The notes: a model not told the origin generated them from the sequence alone. A stretch of 64,000 nucleotides of DNA from Tubiluchus corallicola (GCA_030141605.1 JAQGDQ010000226.1:297986-361985), one strand, 5' to 3'; counted from the stretch's first letter, positions 1-21,222 are shown. Made by a program: numbers and translations.

Positions 1-1049
1 CAATTTGCCATTTGTGAGCAAAAGTTGAGAGCAAAATTTGCATTTGAGAGGTAACAAAGGTCAAAATTAAGATCACAAGGTCAGTGTTAGTGTCAAATCA
101 CCTGATTACATTTCCTTTTCTACATGTAAATAATGAGAGTCTTTCTCAGATTACAGGCTTTTATTATTTGCAGTTATAATAATATTATTGTTATATAATT
201 TTTGTATATAAAACTATTATTGGATACTAAAAGAGACAGCTAAACTATACGGGTTTTGATAAAGTAGTTTCCATTATACCGAAGCTTTGGATATAAGTCA
301 ATGTAATATTATATCATGATACATAGTTAATAATTTATCTCAATATACTGCTTTGGCATATCTTTATTTTTCAAAAATGCGTAATGTTTTTTGATAGAAT
401 AAACTTGTACTTTAACCTGACCTATTTTAATCTGGATGCTGAAGAAAAGATAAAGACTGAGTGAACTTCTGAAAATGTTTCATACATTTTACTGGTTTAT
501 AAGTTTGTAATTTATAGTTACAATTTCAAACTGTTTTCTACGCATTCTGGCAAGCTAGTGGCAGCTAAAGACAAAGGAGCTTTATTGCTGGTACAATTTG
601 AATTGTCCTAAGTGTGGAAAACCTGTAACCTCCCTTCAGTTGAAGCCAAGATGAGGTTTATTAAATTTAATAAATCATAGGGTTTTGTAATTTGTATTGG
701 TTAATAAGAAATATGTCAACTTCCCCGGGATCATGAGTATCCTGCTCATTTGAGCCATCAGAATTTGGTGTTTAGCTAAAATGTAATAGTTAAGTGTATG
801 ATCTCCATATTTTTACTGTGACTACTTAAACTTGTTAAGCACAAGCTCTGTATATACTATTTACACTTGTTTCTGTTAATATGTGGAGCAGTGACCAATA
901 TGTTGTTGTTTCTAATAAAATGATGTTTTTGTATATTAGATATGGCAATGTGTTTGTTGTATTAATGTTTCTTTAAACAAATACTCGTGTTTTTTTAAAT
1001 TATGATACTTTTTAAACTACGGTTTCACTAATTACAGTTGCCGTTGTTG

Positions 1050-1620
1050 TTATAGTTTTTTTATTATTATAGTTACTAATGCAATTATAGTTATTGTTAT
1101 TATTGTAATTATAGTTTCTCACACAATTATAGTTATTGTTATTATTATTATAGTTATAGTTACTAATACAATTATAGTTATTGTTATTTTTATTATAGTT
1201 ATAGTTATTTTTATAATTATAGTTATAGTCACTAATACAATTATAGTTATACTTGCTCATACAATTACAGTTATTATTATTATTATTATTATAGATATAG
1301 TTACTAATACAATTATAGTCATTGTTATTTTTATTATAGTTATAGTTATTTTTATAATTATAGTTACTAATACAATTATAGTTATTGCTATTATTATAGT
1401 TATAGCTATAATTATAGTTATACTTGCTCATACAATTACAGTTATTATTATTATTATTATTATTATTATAGTTACTAATACAATTATAGTTATTGTTATA
1501 TTTATTATAGTTATAGGTATTTTTATAATTATAGTTATAGTTACTACTACAATCATAGTTATTGTTATTATTATTATAGTTATAGTTACATTTATTGTTT
1601 TGGTTATACTTTGTATTACA
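1050..1620. repeat. Compound AT-rich (TTA/TAG)-based low-complexity tandem repeat
   Basis: Recurrent ttatagttactaatacaattatagttattg units; the N/Y-rich ORF 1012-1431 is only its translation. Confidence 0.85.
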
Positions 1621-1868
1621 GCTGCCTATTATGGTTACATCGTAGTCATAGTTACAATCATCTGTTATAGGTTTTACTTACGTCGCCTGCATAGCGTGCT
1701 CTACTAAAATGTTTAAACTTTATAGGTTATGTTGCCTGATGTACCAAAATGCAGTATTGCCCCCTGAGATCGCCATCATTGGATCACATCTATATGGATG
1801 ATCGGTCTGATATAATATGATTTGATATGATATGATACTTATTGATGATATATGTGGAGATTTGAAGT

Positions 1869-2210
1869 GACATCAGTAAAACACAGCAGCTCTTTATCAA
1901 TATTCAAGTCTAAATTTAAAAAAAACATTTAATGACTCGTTTTGAATATCCGACATACGAACACGATGATACTTACTCAAATCGTAATTTCATTTTTCCT
2001 AGACCTTACTAAACTAGTTTATATTTTATTTTTGAATTTCTAGTTGCACTTATAGTTTAGCTTGCACCAGACGCATTTGCCCAGAACAGTGTATGTTTTT
2101 ATATGAACTAACACTGATTGTCTGTCTTTTATTATGATGGTCAATGTTTTTAAAATGGCAAATAAAGATTTTACTACTACTACTGCTACTGCTGCTACTA
2201 CTCCTACTAT

Positions 2211-2281
<71 letters not shown>
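1869..2281 (+). mobile_element. Non-LTR retroelement 3'-end fragment with (ACT)n tail
   Basis: Ends aatggcaaataaagatttt(act)n; near-identical inverted copy at 3153-3485; gacgcatttg...aacagtgt core shared with 29130-29225, 31164-31605, 41296-41662 and 45660-45810. Confidence 0.7.
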
Positions 2282-2282
<1 letters not shown>

Positions 2283-3152
2283 ATTTTCTCACTTCTTTCA
2301 TGGGGTATTCGGTTCGAGTGCTCAAAATTTTTGCCCTTAGTTTCTCTCTCTACATCAAACGACTCTGTACTCAAGCCTGGCCATCGTACTTTCTCTGGGA
2401 ATTCAAGATGCCGTAATTCATACGATTAAGTTCCATTTTTTCTTGATAATTAATATTTATCAGTGCTTTATTTTTTGTGATAAGACCATGATTTAGGCTG
2501 GTTGAATCCTTTACTGTTTTGCTGCCATCTATTGAGTGCTTTATACATTAATGTGGCTGTTTTTAATTGATGATCAGCTGTCATTGTTCCGTCACATAAA
2601 TTTTTAACATGCAAAAGTTTTTCGGCCATAACTTGAAAACTACTAAAATTATCAACTTTAACTTGCACATCCAAAAGTTAACGTATTGTAATATCTTATT
2701 GTGAAATTTCAACCTTATAGAGCACCTGCTTTTAATATTATTGAAATTTCGGCTCACTTTTCTGCGCCACCAGATATATACATATTTAGATTCGATTTTT
2801 TAGATTTAATATTTTATTTCAAACTTTACAAAGTTCATATACACATCACAAATTAATACAAATAATACAATAAATCATGACACACAACAATAACACAAAT
2901 AACAATTAACGATATAACAAACTACGCCAATGACGTCTAATTACAGAAGTAAAGTTTACATCACTGTTTAAAATGTTCTTGCATATAAAATTTTCACTGT
3001 TATTCAGCCTGACGTATAAACTGTATGCACATTTTCTGTGAGTAACATCAAAATAAATAATATTAATATGAAAAGTCATATGAAAAGTTAAACAGCTTCC
3101 GTGTTGATACATTACATGCAACCTTGAGTTTGCTAAGATTGTAAGAATAAAA

Positions 3153-3153
3153 A

Positions 3154-3206
<53 letters not shown>

Positions 3207-3485
3207 AAATCTTTATTTGCCATTTTAAATCATTGACCTTAAATCAGTGTTAGTTCATATAAAAAACATACACTGTGCTGGGCAAATGCGTCTGGTGCAA
3301 GCTAAATTATAAGTGCAACTGGAAATTCAAAAATAAAATATAAACTAGTTTAGTAAGGTCTAGGAAATTATGATTTGAGTAAGTATCATCGTGTTCGTAT
3401 GTCGGATATTCAAAACGAGTCATTAAATGTTTTTTTTAATTTAGACTTGAATATTGATAAAGAGCTGCTGTGTTTTAGTGATGTC
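3153..3485 (-). mobile_element. Inverted second copy of the (ACT)n-tailed retroelement 3' end
   Basis: Reverse complement of about 1869-2200 with a (TAG)n tail. Confidence 0.7.
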
Positions 3486-4796
3486 GCTAATGAATTCGAA
3501 AGTTGTATTGCTTGCTTAGTAATGGACTTCTTTCCATATTGATTGTTCGTTCTATTGTTTTAAATGTCTCTATAATTTATGCACGTTTAATTACAGTTAC
3601 ACTTCAGAATCGTGTACCGCCATAACCTCTTTGATATTGTGATTATTTTCATCCAGCACTAAATAAGTCAAACCTAGACTGACCTTATTATTGCTCTATT
3701 GTAAAGCAGTTGTAAAATCTTCGTCCACAATCCTGCAATGTTTCACACGATTTATCGCTGATAACGCAAGTTTATCGTCCATAAACTTGAGAAAGTACTG
3801 AATTATATCGTTCTTATGCACCGAAGTATTTTTCCACATTCATTTTTCTTACGAAGTTGAGATGTTAGTGCCTATTATACAAATAAATATGAACAGAGGT
3901 GATGAAATTGCCTATGCACAGACCACCAAAGTGTGGAGTTAATTCTTTTATGCGGACCTAGTATATCTTGGATGTATTCTTGTCGTGTCGTGATGTGAAA
4001 AATGATGACCCAACAAAAGTTAATTGGGTATGCAATGCATGAAGCTACAACGTATAAACTATTCTCAGGTCACAGAACTAGTTTAGCGACCGTAAGTTGC
4101 TATAAAATAATAGAAAGACGCTTCCTGAGTGTTGGCACCCGTAAGATGGAGCAAAGGTCAACAAGCTACTAGGCGTAACTAGAAAAGTCACACCTCTGGT
4201 CCTGGCCGAATCCTTACCCGTGCCAGATCCTTACCCACTCAGAAGCTGCAGCGGTGACGTCATGCTTTCATTACCTTCACCGGCCTAAAGTTTGAAATAG
4301 GCTCGGATGTGCTGTAAGCTCGAGAAACAATAATATTTACAACATGGTCCAGATTAGCGTGTCAAAATCAGACGCATTTGTTTATTGAAAAAAAGCAACA
4401 AGGCGGTTATACAATAAACATTGCGTTTTTACAAGTGGTTACACTATTAGTTCGGCAGGAGCCAGTATACAAAAGTACGTCGTTATTATATTTACTCAAC
4501 TTTAAAACAGTTGAATAACAAGAAATAAGATACCTGTAAATGATGCAAAATCACACCAAGTTTTGTTTACAATTCGGTCTGCTACAAGTGTTCATATAAG
4601 TGTTTTGCAGTATTTACAATAACATTGTTTTGCCACACAGAAAAGCTTTTGTGTGAACTGTAAAATTATTGTAGAGTCCTGCTTTTACATACCCCGACTG
4701 GTGTGCGTGTTTAAGGCCATTCAGCTGGATGTTGTACGATGCTGCCATCTGGCAACGAGAATAATACGAAAACAATTTACACTTCCTTTAATCTCT

Positions 4797-4938
4797 GTAA
4801 CCAACACAATAAACATATATAAAACCAACACAATAAACATATATAAAACCAACACAATAAACATATATAAAACCAACACAATAAACGTATATAAAACCAA
4901 CACAATAAACATATATAAAACCAACACAATAAACATAT
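4797..4938. repeat. 24-bp minisatellite, left part (about 6 units)
   Basis: Unit AAACCAACACAATAAACATATATA; same unit resumes at 10477. Confidence 0.95.
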
Positions 4939-5443
4939 TGTTACGGAGACACCTGTGTCGGGTCAGTTGTAGGGCCCTCTACACGCCCTGCTTCCACGTC
5001 AGCAGCGACTCACCCCTTTCTTGTAGGTCCAGACGTCTTGTTTAGGCCTACACGTGGTGTGAGAAGCCAGCTGACCTGGAATGCCAGTATAAAAGCGTGT
5101 AGAGGTCACTACAGCCTTGATTTCTGACACAGGTGCTCCTCGGGTGTAGTGCTGTTACTAGTGTAGAGTTAGTTAGTTATTTTTGTGCACATGTATTTTT
5201 TGGTTCCTTATTTTTAATAAACTCCGTACTGTGTAGTTTTTGTGTATTTTGCTTTATGAGAGTTGGATGACACGCTATAACAGGTGTAAGGTAATAATTT
5301 GTAGACATTAATTTAGCTAATTAACATTAACATTTGTAATTAATTATTGGTTGCACAACGATTATAAATGTATCTTCATGATGCGAAATATCAGGACCGC
5401 CATGCCATCTTGGAGTTCGACCCCCTGGGTCGAATCCAGTCCA
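4939..5443 (+). mobile_element. 5' LTR of the Gypsy element
   Basis: Starts TGTTAC; TATAAAA at 5088; AATAAA near 5216; ends AGTCCA exactly where homology with the partial copy 17712-18076 ends; followed by C-TGGTGTC. Confidence 0.8.
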
Positions 5444-7089
5444 CTGGTGTCGCAGAAGTGGATAAAGAACATTCTCACCCACACCCTGCTCAAAGTTTTT
5501 TTGATGATGATGTGGCTTCTCAGGCTTCTTCCTGGGTAAGCTCTTTAGAGCGTTGTTCTGCTGGCCCTGTTGTCAATTGTGTCCCCCCAAGCGTAATTTC
5601 ACATCCTGATAATAAACTAGGTCAGACAAATTCATTTCTGTCTACTAATGCTAACCTTGATCGCGTACTTGGTCAACGCGAAAATTCAGGCTTCAATTCT
5701 GCCAGTCCCAGTAATCAAAATTTAGCTGTAGAATTGCAAAATTTGTCATCGCGTTGTGATTCCCAGTTTAAAGATTTGAGTTGTGCAGTGGCTGCGCTTT
5801 CTCAAGCGGTCACTAGCTTAGCAAAGAATTTTTCTGAACGCTGTGACATATCGCGGCCTGAACATAGGCCTACTTCGAGTAGAAAACCTGTTTTGAATTC
5901 TACTCCAGCTAGCGAACTGTGCCAAACTGTCGAACCCGCTGTTTGTAAACTAAATACTGAATCTCCTAAATCGTTAGTCCATTTCGCTGAAAATCATGGA
6001 AATGAGAAGTTTTCAGATTTGCCAATTCAATTTTGTACTCCCACGCATGCGCAGTCAGAAGTACCGGTTCCGAGTAGCACGTCTGTTTGTCAACATAGCT
6101 TACACACCACAAATACTATTAGCGCGCACGAAGTGAAAAACTTACCATTTTTTGATGGGGAAACGGTCCCATGGGAAAGTTATAAAGCGCAATTTCGATT
6201 GTTAGTTGAACTTAACGGTTGGAATAATTATGAAGCCGGTTTACGTTTAGCACTGAAACTTAAAGGGAAAGCTGTTGGGGTTCTTGAAACTTTGTCGCCT
6301 GCCCAACGCTCTGATTATGCAATGCTATGCTCTGCTTTAAGCCGTCGATTCGGGTGTGACAATCGCGAAAGTGTATACCGCGCTCAATACAACAGCCGTT
6401 ACCGTCAACCCGGCGAAGATTTGCGGCAATATGCAGATCATTTGCGTACCTTGTACCACCGTGCATACCCAGCAGTAGACTTAAATTCTGCAGAACATCA
6501 ATTAGCGTTGAAGTTCATAGATGGTTTGTGTGATGTAGAACTAGCTATACACGTGCAGCAAAGCTTTCCCACGAATCTTGCTGATGCGTTGGCGTCTGCT
6601 TTGTCTATAGAATCTATTCGTTTAACTGCAAAGCGCAGCGCTGAGCTTACGACTATTAAAACGCGCAGAACATTGACGCAGAATCAAGATCCGGGATGGA
6701 ATAAAGCTCCCACCACAGCAGAAAATTTCGAGGGTAACACAAATAATCGCGCTAAGTCTGAACTGCCAGACAATCATGTACCTACAGAAAGGATTCACGG
6801 AACAAATGATTTTGTTTGTTATTGCTGCAATGCGGTTGGTCATTTTGCAAGGAACTGTCCATTGCGTCGTAAGTCACAACAGTCTTACCCAACAAGAACA
6901 TTTGATAACTCATTATTCCGCTTATCTCAAAACTCACAGAGTAATTCGCGATTTTGCAGCCAGTCTAGACCGAGTAAAAGTAATCGAAATTATGACAACC
7001 CTCGCGGTTATACTGTGCCAGTTTCGAACTCGCAGCGCAATTGTAGAAACTCGCGCAATTCCTGTCTTCCACCTTCGCGTTTTCAGTAG
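5368..7089 (+). CDS. gag: Gypsy gag protein, 573 aa
   Basis: Capsid-like segment ([15 protein letters not shown]...ALSRRFG...[14 protein letters not shown]) and CX2CX4HX4C knuckle [14 protein letters not shown]. Confidence 0.9.
   Translation: MYLHDAKYQDRHAILEFDPLGRIQSTGVAEVDKEHSHPHPAQSFFDDDVASQASSWVSSLERCSAGPVVNCVPPSVISHPDNKLGQTNSFLSTNANLDRVLGQRENSGFNSASPSNQNLAVELQNLSSRCDSQFKDLSCAVAALSQAVTSLAKNFSERCDISRPEHRPTSSRKPVLNSTPASELCQTVEPAVCKLNTESPKSLVHFAENHGNEKFSDLPIQFCTPTHAQSEVPVPSSTSVCQHSLHTTNTISAHEVKNLPFFDGETVPWESYKAQFRLLVELNGWNNYEAGLRLALKLKGKAVGVLETLSPAQRSDYAMLCSALSRRFGCDNRESVYRAQYNSRYRQPGEDLRQYADHLRTLYHRAYPAVDLNSAEHQLALKFIDGLCDVELAIHVQQSFPTNLADALASALSIESIRLTAKRSAELTTIKTRRTLTQNQDPGWNKAPTTAENFEGNTNNRAKSELPDNHVPTERIHGTNDFVCYCCNAVGHFARNCPLRRKSQQSYPTRTFDNSLFRLSQNSQSNSRFCSQSRPSKSNRNYDNPRGYTVPVSNSQRNCRNSRNSCLPPSRFQ
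5445..5462 (+). promoter_or_regulatory. Primer-binding site, tRNA-Leu-like
   Basis: TGGTGTCGCAGAAGTGG resembles TGGTGTCAGAAGTGGG (complement of a tRNA-Leu 3' end) with a 2-nt insertion. Confidence 0.6.
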
Positions 7090-8399
7090 CGGGTGGGCGG
7101 AAAAAGAGGCATCGTGCCACCCGCCAGACACAAAAGGCCTCGCACAAACTAAGCGAAACACTCCCTTCGGGTCAACCTAAGGTTGGTACTGTGCTCAGTG
7201 AATTGAATCAGGCTGCTGGTCTTTATGCTGTCGGCTCAATAGATGGCAATAAATGCCGAATACTAGTGGACACAGGGGCTACGCATACCACAGTTCGTCC
7301 TGAGCTTATAACCAATCAGCTTGAGCCGTTGGGGTGGCAAACCGCTATAGGTGTAACCGGTGCACCTTTGCAATTACGTGGCCCAATTTCGGTTTCATTG
7401 CAACTCGGTACAATTTCTAGTACTGTGTCGGCTTGTCTAACTGGTGACCTAGCCGGAGAAGATTGCATTTTGGGCTTAGACTGGCTTCGAGAAAATAAAG
7501 CCATAGTAGACACTGGCCTAAAACGCATTATTCTTCCGGATGGCCAGTTTGTTGAGCTCACACTGCTACCTGGAGGTTGTACAGACGTGATAAACATTCG
7601 TCGTGTGACTATACCCGCGCTTTCGGAAGCCGTTATCGAAACTCAACCTGTTTTACCGTTACCGCACACATTAGGTATGGTTAGCCTTGGCAGCAAACCA
7701 TTTCGGTCAGACGGTCTTTTAACTGGACGGATAACTTCGCCAGCTGGTGCTACTACAATTCGTGCCATAGTAGCAAACATAACCAACTATCCTGTTACAC
7801 TCTCGGAAAAAGAACCTGTTGGTCAATGGGAAAGCGTTAACGAAATTGTTTGTCCTATTAAACTTTCTTCAATGAAAGGTTTTCAGTCTAAACCTAAAAA
7901 TGCAAGCAAAAGAGCGCTTTCTGAACCGGTGCAAAAACTTTTAAATGCTAGTAAAACTGCACTATCCAGTACGCAGTACAAGCAGTTGAAAAGCCTGTTA
8001 ATCAAGTATAACGATTTATTTTCCTCTGGAACCTATGACATTGGTCGTACAAATATTGTTCAACATCGCATTAATACAGGTACTCACCACCCTATTAAGA
8101 CTCAAGCAAGGCGTCTTGGCCAGGCCCAACGCGAGGAATTAAATGCAGCAATGGATGAAATGCAGAGACAGGGAGTAATTGAACCGTCTTGCAGCCCCTG
8201 GTCTTCTGCGGTGGTCCTTGTACGAAAAAAAGATGGAGGAACGCGCTGCTGTATAGACTACAGGGCTCTCAATTCGGTTACAATCAAAGACAGCTATCCC
8301 CTGCCTCGCATTGATGATTCAATCGATGCCCTTTCCGGTGCCAAGTGGTTCTCCACTTTAGATTTAAAATCGGGGTACCACCAGGTAGAAATGGCACGG
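7047..8399 (+). CDS. pol: Gypsy pol part 1: aspartic protease and RT N-terminus (-1 frame relative to gag)
   Basis: LVDTGA protease motif, [53 protein letters not shown]; frame open from 7047. Confidence 0.9.
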
Positions 8400-10477
8400 A
8401 AGACAAAGAAAAGACCGCATTTGTAACACACAGAGGGTTGTGGCAGTTTAAAACTCTTCCTTTTGGTCTAGTTAATGCGCCTGCTACTTTTGAACGCTTA
8501 ATGGAGCAAATTTTAACTGGCTTGCACTGGCAAACGTTGTTAATTTATTTAGATGACGTCATCGTTTTCGGGCGCACCTATGAGGAACACCTTGCTCGGT
8601 TGCAAGAAGTTTTTGAACGTTTTATGACGGCAGGCCTAAAACTCAATGCTAAAAAGTGTTTGCTAACGCAAAGAGAAGTCACGTATCTAGGACATGTTGT
8701 TAGCCATACCGGTGTACGTACCGATCCGGCAAAAATAGAAGCCGTTGTGAATTGGCCTGAACCTAATAACGTATCTGATCTTAGAAGCTTTTTAGGCCTG
8801 TGCACATACTACCGGCGTTTCATAAAAAACTTCGCGGATATAGCGGCACCTCTGCATTTACTAACTCGCAAGCAGCAACCTTACGTTTGGCAGGCTAGCC
8901 AACAGAACGCTTTTAATTGTTTGAAAACTTTGCTTACAAATGCGCCAGTTCTGGCCTACCCACAATTTGACACTGAATTTGTACTCGACACTGACGCGAG
9001 TAGTATAGCGATAGGCGGTGTTCTCTCACAAATTCAGGGCGACCAAGAGCGCGTGATAGCGTATTACAGCCAAATTTTATCTCCTGCAGAACGAAATTAT
9101 TGCGCTACACGCCGCGAACTTCTTGCAGTGGTTAAAGCTGTGAATCACTTTCACCACTATCTTTACGGACGGCAGTTTGTTATACGTACTGACCATGCTG
9201 CTCTTCGCTGGCTGAGAACTTTGCGTAAACCAGAGGGTCAGTTAGCTCGCTGGCTTTGCAAATTAGACCAGTATGGTTACACAATAGAACATCGTGCAGG
9301 CAAAAGTCACGGAAATGCGGACGCGCTTTCTCGTCGGCCCTGCGAAGCCAGTTGCAAACATTGTAGCAAACGAGAACCGAGTAACGTAATGCAACAAAAT
9401 GCGAAAATTAATAAAATCGGCACAACATTAAGAGATGTAAATCTTGATTTTGCTGAAGGGCAGACCAAAGACAAAGACATAGCCCCAATATTGGGATTTT
9501 TGCAAACTTCAGCCCAAAAACCTGCTTGGGAGCAAGTTTCTGCGCTAAGCCCTGAATCAAAAGCTATTTGGCACCAATGGGATGTGCTCAAAGTTGAAAA
9601 CGGGGTAGTGCAGCGTAAATGGGAATCTCCAGACGGGACTGTAGTCCGTTACCAATGGCTAGTTCCTAGAGCCTTTCGTGAAAGTCTACTTACAGGGTTT
9701 CATAATAATCCTACTGCTGGTCACTTCGGCCAGAACAAAACTTTTGCCAGGCTGCGTGAGCGGTACTTCTGGCCAGGCATGCGGAAGGATATCCAGTTAT
9801 GGATACGGTCATGTCGTGAATGTTGTCGGAAAAAGGGGCCCCAGCGCAAACCAAGAGCACCTTTGCAACAGTACAGGGTAGGAGCTCCTATGGAGCGCAT
9901 AGCAATAGATGTAGCTGGACCTTTCCCTAAATCAGACTCGGGAAATAAGTATGTCCTGATCGCTGTAGATTATTTTACCAAATGGCCTGAAGGGTACGCC
10001 CTACCTAACCAAGAAGCAGAAACTGTAGCCAAAGCCTTGGTAAATGAATTCTTTTGTCGGTTTGGTCTGCCTGGTGAAATTCATAGCGATCAGGGTAGAA
10101 ACTTCGAGTCTCGCATTTTTCAGCAATGTTGCGTATTTTTAGACATTGTCAAGACGCGTACCACACCTTTAAGGCCTCAATCAAATGGCCTCGCAGAAAG
10201 GTACATTAAAACTATTTCCCGTCAATTGGCACAATTCGCAAGTTTACACCAGCGCGACTGGGATGTGAAAATGCCCTTATTTCTTTTAAGTTATCGATCA
10301 GCAGAACATGATGCTACAGGGTTTACTCCAGCCAAAGCCATGATGGGTCGGGAACTACGACTGCCTCTCGACTTGCTAACGGGCCGACCTCCTGAATCTA
10401 TCCGTCATAATGTAGTTGACCATGTAAGGTACTTAGAAGATAGTCTACATGATGTCCACCATTTTATTCGAAATCTT
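8399..10477 (+). pseudogene. pol: Gypsy pol part 2: RT, RNase H and integrase, after a 1-nt frameshift near 8397 and 3'-truncated
   Basis: KTAF, PFGL, YLDD, RNase H LDTDAS and TDHAAL, integrase HHCC and D-D-E (IAIDVAGP, HSDQG, GLAER). Confidence 0.9.
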
Positions 10478-10708
10478 ATATAAAACCAACACAATAAACA
10501 TATATAAAACCAACACAATAAACATATATAAAACCAACACAATAAACATATATAAAACCAACACAATAAACACATATAAAACCAACACAATAAACATATA
10601 TAAAACCAACACAATAAACATATATAAAACCAACACAATAAACATATATAAAACCAACACAATAAACATATATAAAAGCAACACAATAAACATATATAAA
10701 AGCAACAA
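10477..10708. repeat. 24-bp minisatellite, right part (about 9 units)
   Basis: Same unit as 4797-4938. Confidence 0.95.
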
Positions 10709-11869
10709 AAGTTATACTAATAATCACAACGAAATAACATTGCCAACTCAAAGTTACTGTAAGTTCAAACGGTCAAATTTACAAACAAAAAGTTAAAATA
10801 AAAATCAGTTACGATAAAATAAGTTACGAACAACTGATAGCCAGTCAAAGTGGTTAAAGAAAGTATTTCTCAACTGTGAAATAAAATACAACGTGACGGA
10901 ATGGTTTCTATAAAACTGTATTCTACAATTAAAACACTAATTTGTGAAGAAAGCTAGTTCAGTCAAAGAGGATAGAATAAGTCATCATTTTGCTTATGAG
11001 TTTACGGTCAACATGCTTGTAAAACTGTTGAGGTTATCAATATCTGCACATTCATATTTACAAAAAAAATTGGAAATTATGCCTGTCATACAGTGAGAAA
11101 TTTGAACACAACACAACGAGCCTTAAATAAAAGAAAATTACACTTCTCAGTGTGAAAAATGAAGTTGCATAACTAGAATCGGTAATATACGCATGATGTG
11201 GAGCATCAACAACTTCAATTTTATTATAACTTGCTTTGCTCATTTAAAACACATTATATTCAAAGTACATTAATAGATTATTCGAAAGGAGATTCAAATG
11301 TTTTGCTAAACAAACTATAAATCATATTAATGATCATCTGCCAAACTGCATTTTAAATCAGTTTTGTAGTTCATGTATAGACAGGGGCGTACCAAGACCT
11401 TACGACGCTCTAGGTTGATAGTTCAGCTATTGTGGTTGCTTATGTAATGAGCTAATAAAGCAATTACTTGTGGTGTATTAGAAACATACTAACCTAGTTT
11501 AGACGTGGCCACTATTAATTACATGTATTACAGTTGTTTGCTGTGTAATACCTCAGATTTGTTCCTGATGTCGCACTTATATAAAAGCTGAGCTCCAGTA
11601 ACTGCCTGTGGTGTGTTATAAAATGAGCCCTGTGCATGAATACGAAAGTACAAACATTTTCCTTGGAGAATAAGAATTTTTTTCTAAAATGTGACACCTC
11701 TCAAACGTTGGCGCCCCAGGCTATAGCTTAGTTATCTCATTGGTTAAAACGCCACGGGTCGTCTGCGATATAGAGTTGTTTCAACACTTCGACCTAAAAC
11801 AAAAAAAAAACATTATAAATGGGAGCCATATAAAGAAAATAACAAGACAATTTTAATTATGTTAAAACA

Positions 11870-12265
11870 CAAAAGAAAACAAGCGTCGCCGTTAAAGGGC
11901 GAGAATAGTCTTTATTTATGTAGAGCAAAAAATTCCTCTTGCATTTTGTTCTACCTGCATAGTGCCTTATTGCACAGTGAACTTGTATTATCAGTAACGA
12001 TGTTTAAAATGTGCAAATTTATACTCCCGCGATGACCGCTATTGGTTTAGCTATAACAAGTTTAGATACAATTGCGTAGGGTTTCAAAAAAGAGTATTCG
12101 TAGCACGTTCTCACAAACTAACCAAAAGTATAAATTACTTTGTATTGTCAATGATCAATAATATGTTTTTGGTGAGTCAGTGATGCACACTGGGAAGGTG
12201 AGTCAGTGGTGCACACTGGGAAGGTGAGTCAGTGATGCACACTGGGAAGATGAGTCTGTGACGTT
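11870..12265 (+). mobile_element. Dispersed non-autonomous repeat carrying a 26-bp internal tandem unit
   Basis: Homologous in reverse complement to 35705-36130 and 41810-42830; unit gtgcacactgggaaggtgagtcagtg. Confidence 0.7.
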
Positions 12266-13357
12266 TTACAAGTTGGCGCGAACATTTTAACTTACTAAGG
12301 TTTTTACTTTCTAGTTACAAAGTCTTTCAAGCAGGTAAGTGTAATTCTAAGTAATATATAACTTTGTATAGAAAAATTTTGGTACATACTTTAAATTGCC
12401 TTAAAACGTAAGCTATCATTTGTTTGCACGTGCTTGGTACAAACTGGTACCTTTCATATCTGAAGCTAAAGTTTCTGCTATAAAACTATTTTAGCAACAG
12501 ACACGTTTGCGTGATATTTAGGCAATGTTTAGGTCAAACATGTATACTTATATATTATTGTTATCTCTCAGGTTAGCATGGGTACACTGAAGCCAGGTGT
12601 CAGAGCGTCATTATTGATTTTTGCATTACCTGTAGAGTTTGTTTGACATGCTTGGCTGCTCTGGTATGAGAGGTTAGATAGCCTTAGCATAGAAAAAAAT
12701 CCTGTTTTAGTGGTATAGAGGTCAGTAGTTGTGAGGTCAGTATGCCACTGTTGTAAAATCAGTATGTCTCTGTTGATTTCTGAAGACTGGCTTGAAGTTT
12801 TTTTTCTACAGATCCTCAAACGTTTGTAAGTTCATATGTTTCTTCATTTTTATGCAGAGCTTTGCAGTAATTTATTTGTCAACTTAATAGTTTCTAATAG
12901 TGTTACAGTAATGCCTAATTATTGATTTTTGTAACTGCATATGCATATGCGTGTTTTTGTGTAGGCGTGCATGTTGATTTGTGATATGTCAGGAAGTTTA
13001 TTTATTAGTAAATTCTGCTTCAGTATGCTTGTTAATTTGCTAACTTTTTTGCACGTCTGTTATTGGTTTCTTTTTGTTTCATTTTCTTTTTTCTTGTTTC
13101 TATTGCAGTTTCACCTTTTTTACAATGAGTGGAAAATAAAATCTGTAAAACAAATAACCAGTTTTCTACAATTATAATATCCTTGAGTGTACAGCATGCA
13201 CATAATTCTGTCTGCCTGAAAAGTTTAACCTGTCACAATTCCGGAGGAACACCAACAGGTACCTTCTATTAATATATTATGTACTAACAAATCAGATATC
13301 CGACTTCTACTTCTCTGGAAGCGTTCACGTCTTCGTCTTTATACTACACCCCCTTAC

Positions 13358-21222
<7,865 letters not shown>

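Larger units (their letters stand above)
4939..10477 (+). mobile_element. Ty3/Gypsy LTR retrotransposon, 3'-truncated (no 3' LTR)
   Basis: 5' LTR TG...CA, PBS-like TGG motif, gag with CCHC knuckle, pol order PR-RT-RH-IN; integrase runs directly into the 24-bp array. Confidence 0.95.

Noticed and set aside
1-1000. Possible 3' UTR of an upstream plus-strand gene (AATAAA at 914-919 followed by GT-rich sequence)
   Set aside because: No coding exon in the window; such signals are common in AT-rich DNA.
4190-4350. Promoter-like patch (TGACGTCA, ccttaccc repeats)
   Set aside because: No associated gene or matching element end found.
8390-8405. Programmed frameshift inside RT
   Set aside because: No slippery site or structure; best explained by a 1-nt deletion or sequencing error.
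12300-13150. Plus-strand splice-like signals (CAG|GTAAGT near 12334, TCTCAG acceptor near 12571) suggesting a convergent transcript
   Set aside because: No coherent ORF and one implied intron is implausibly short; cannot be supported without RNA data.
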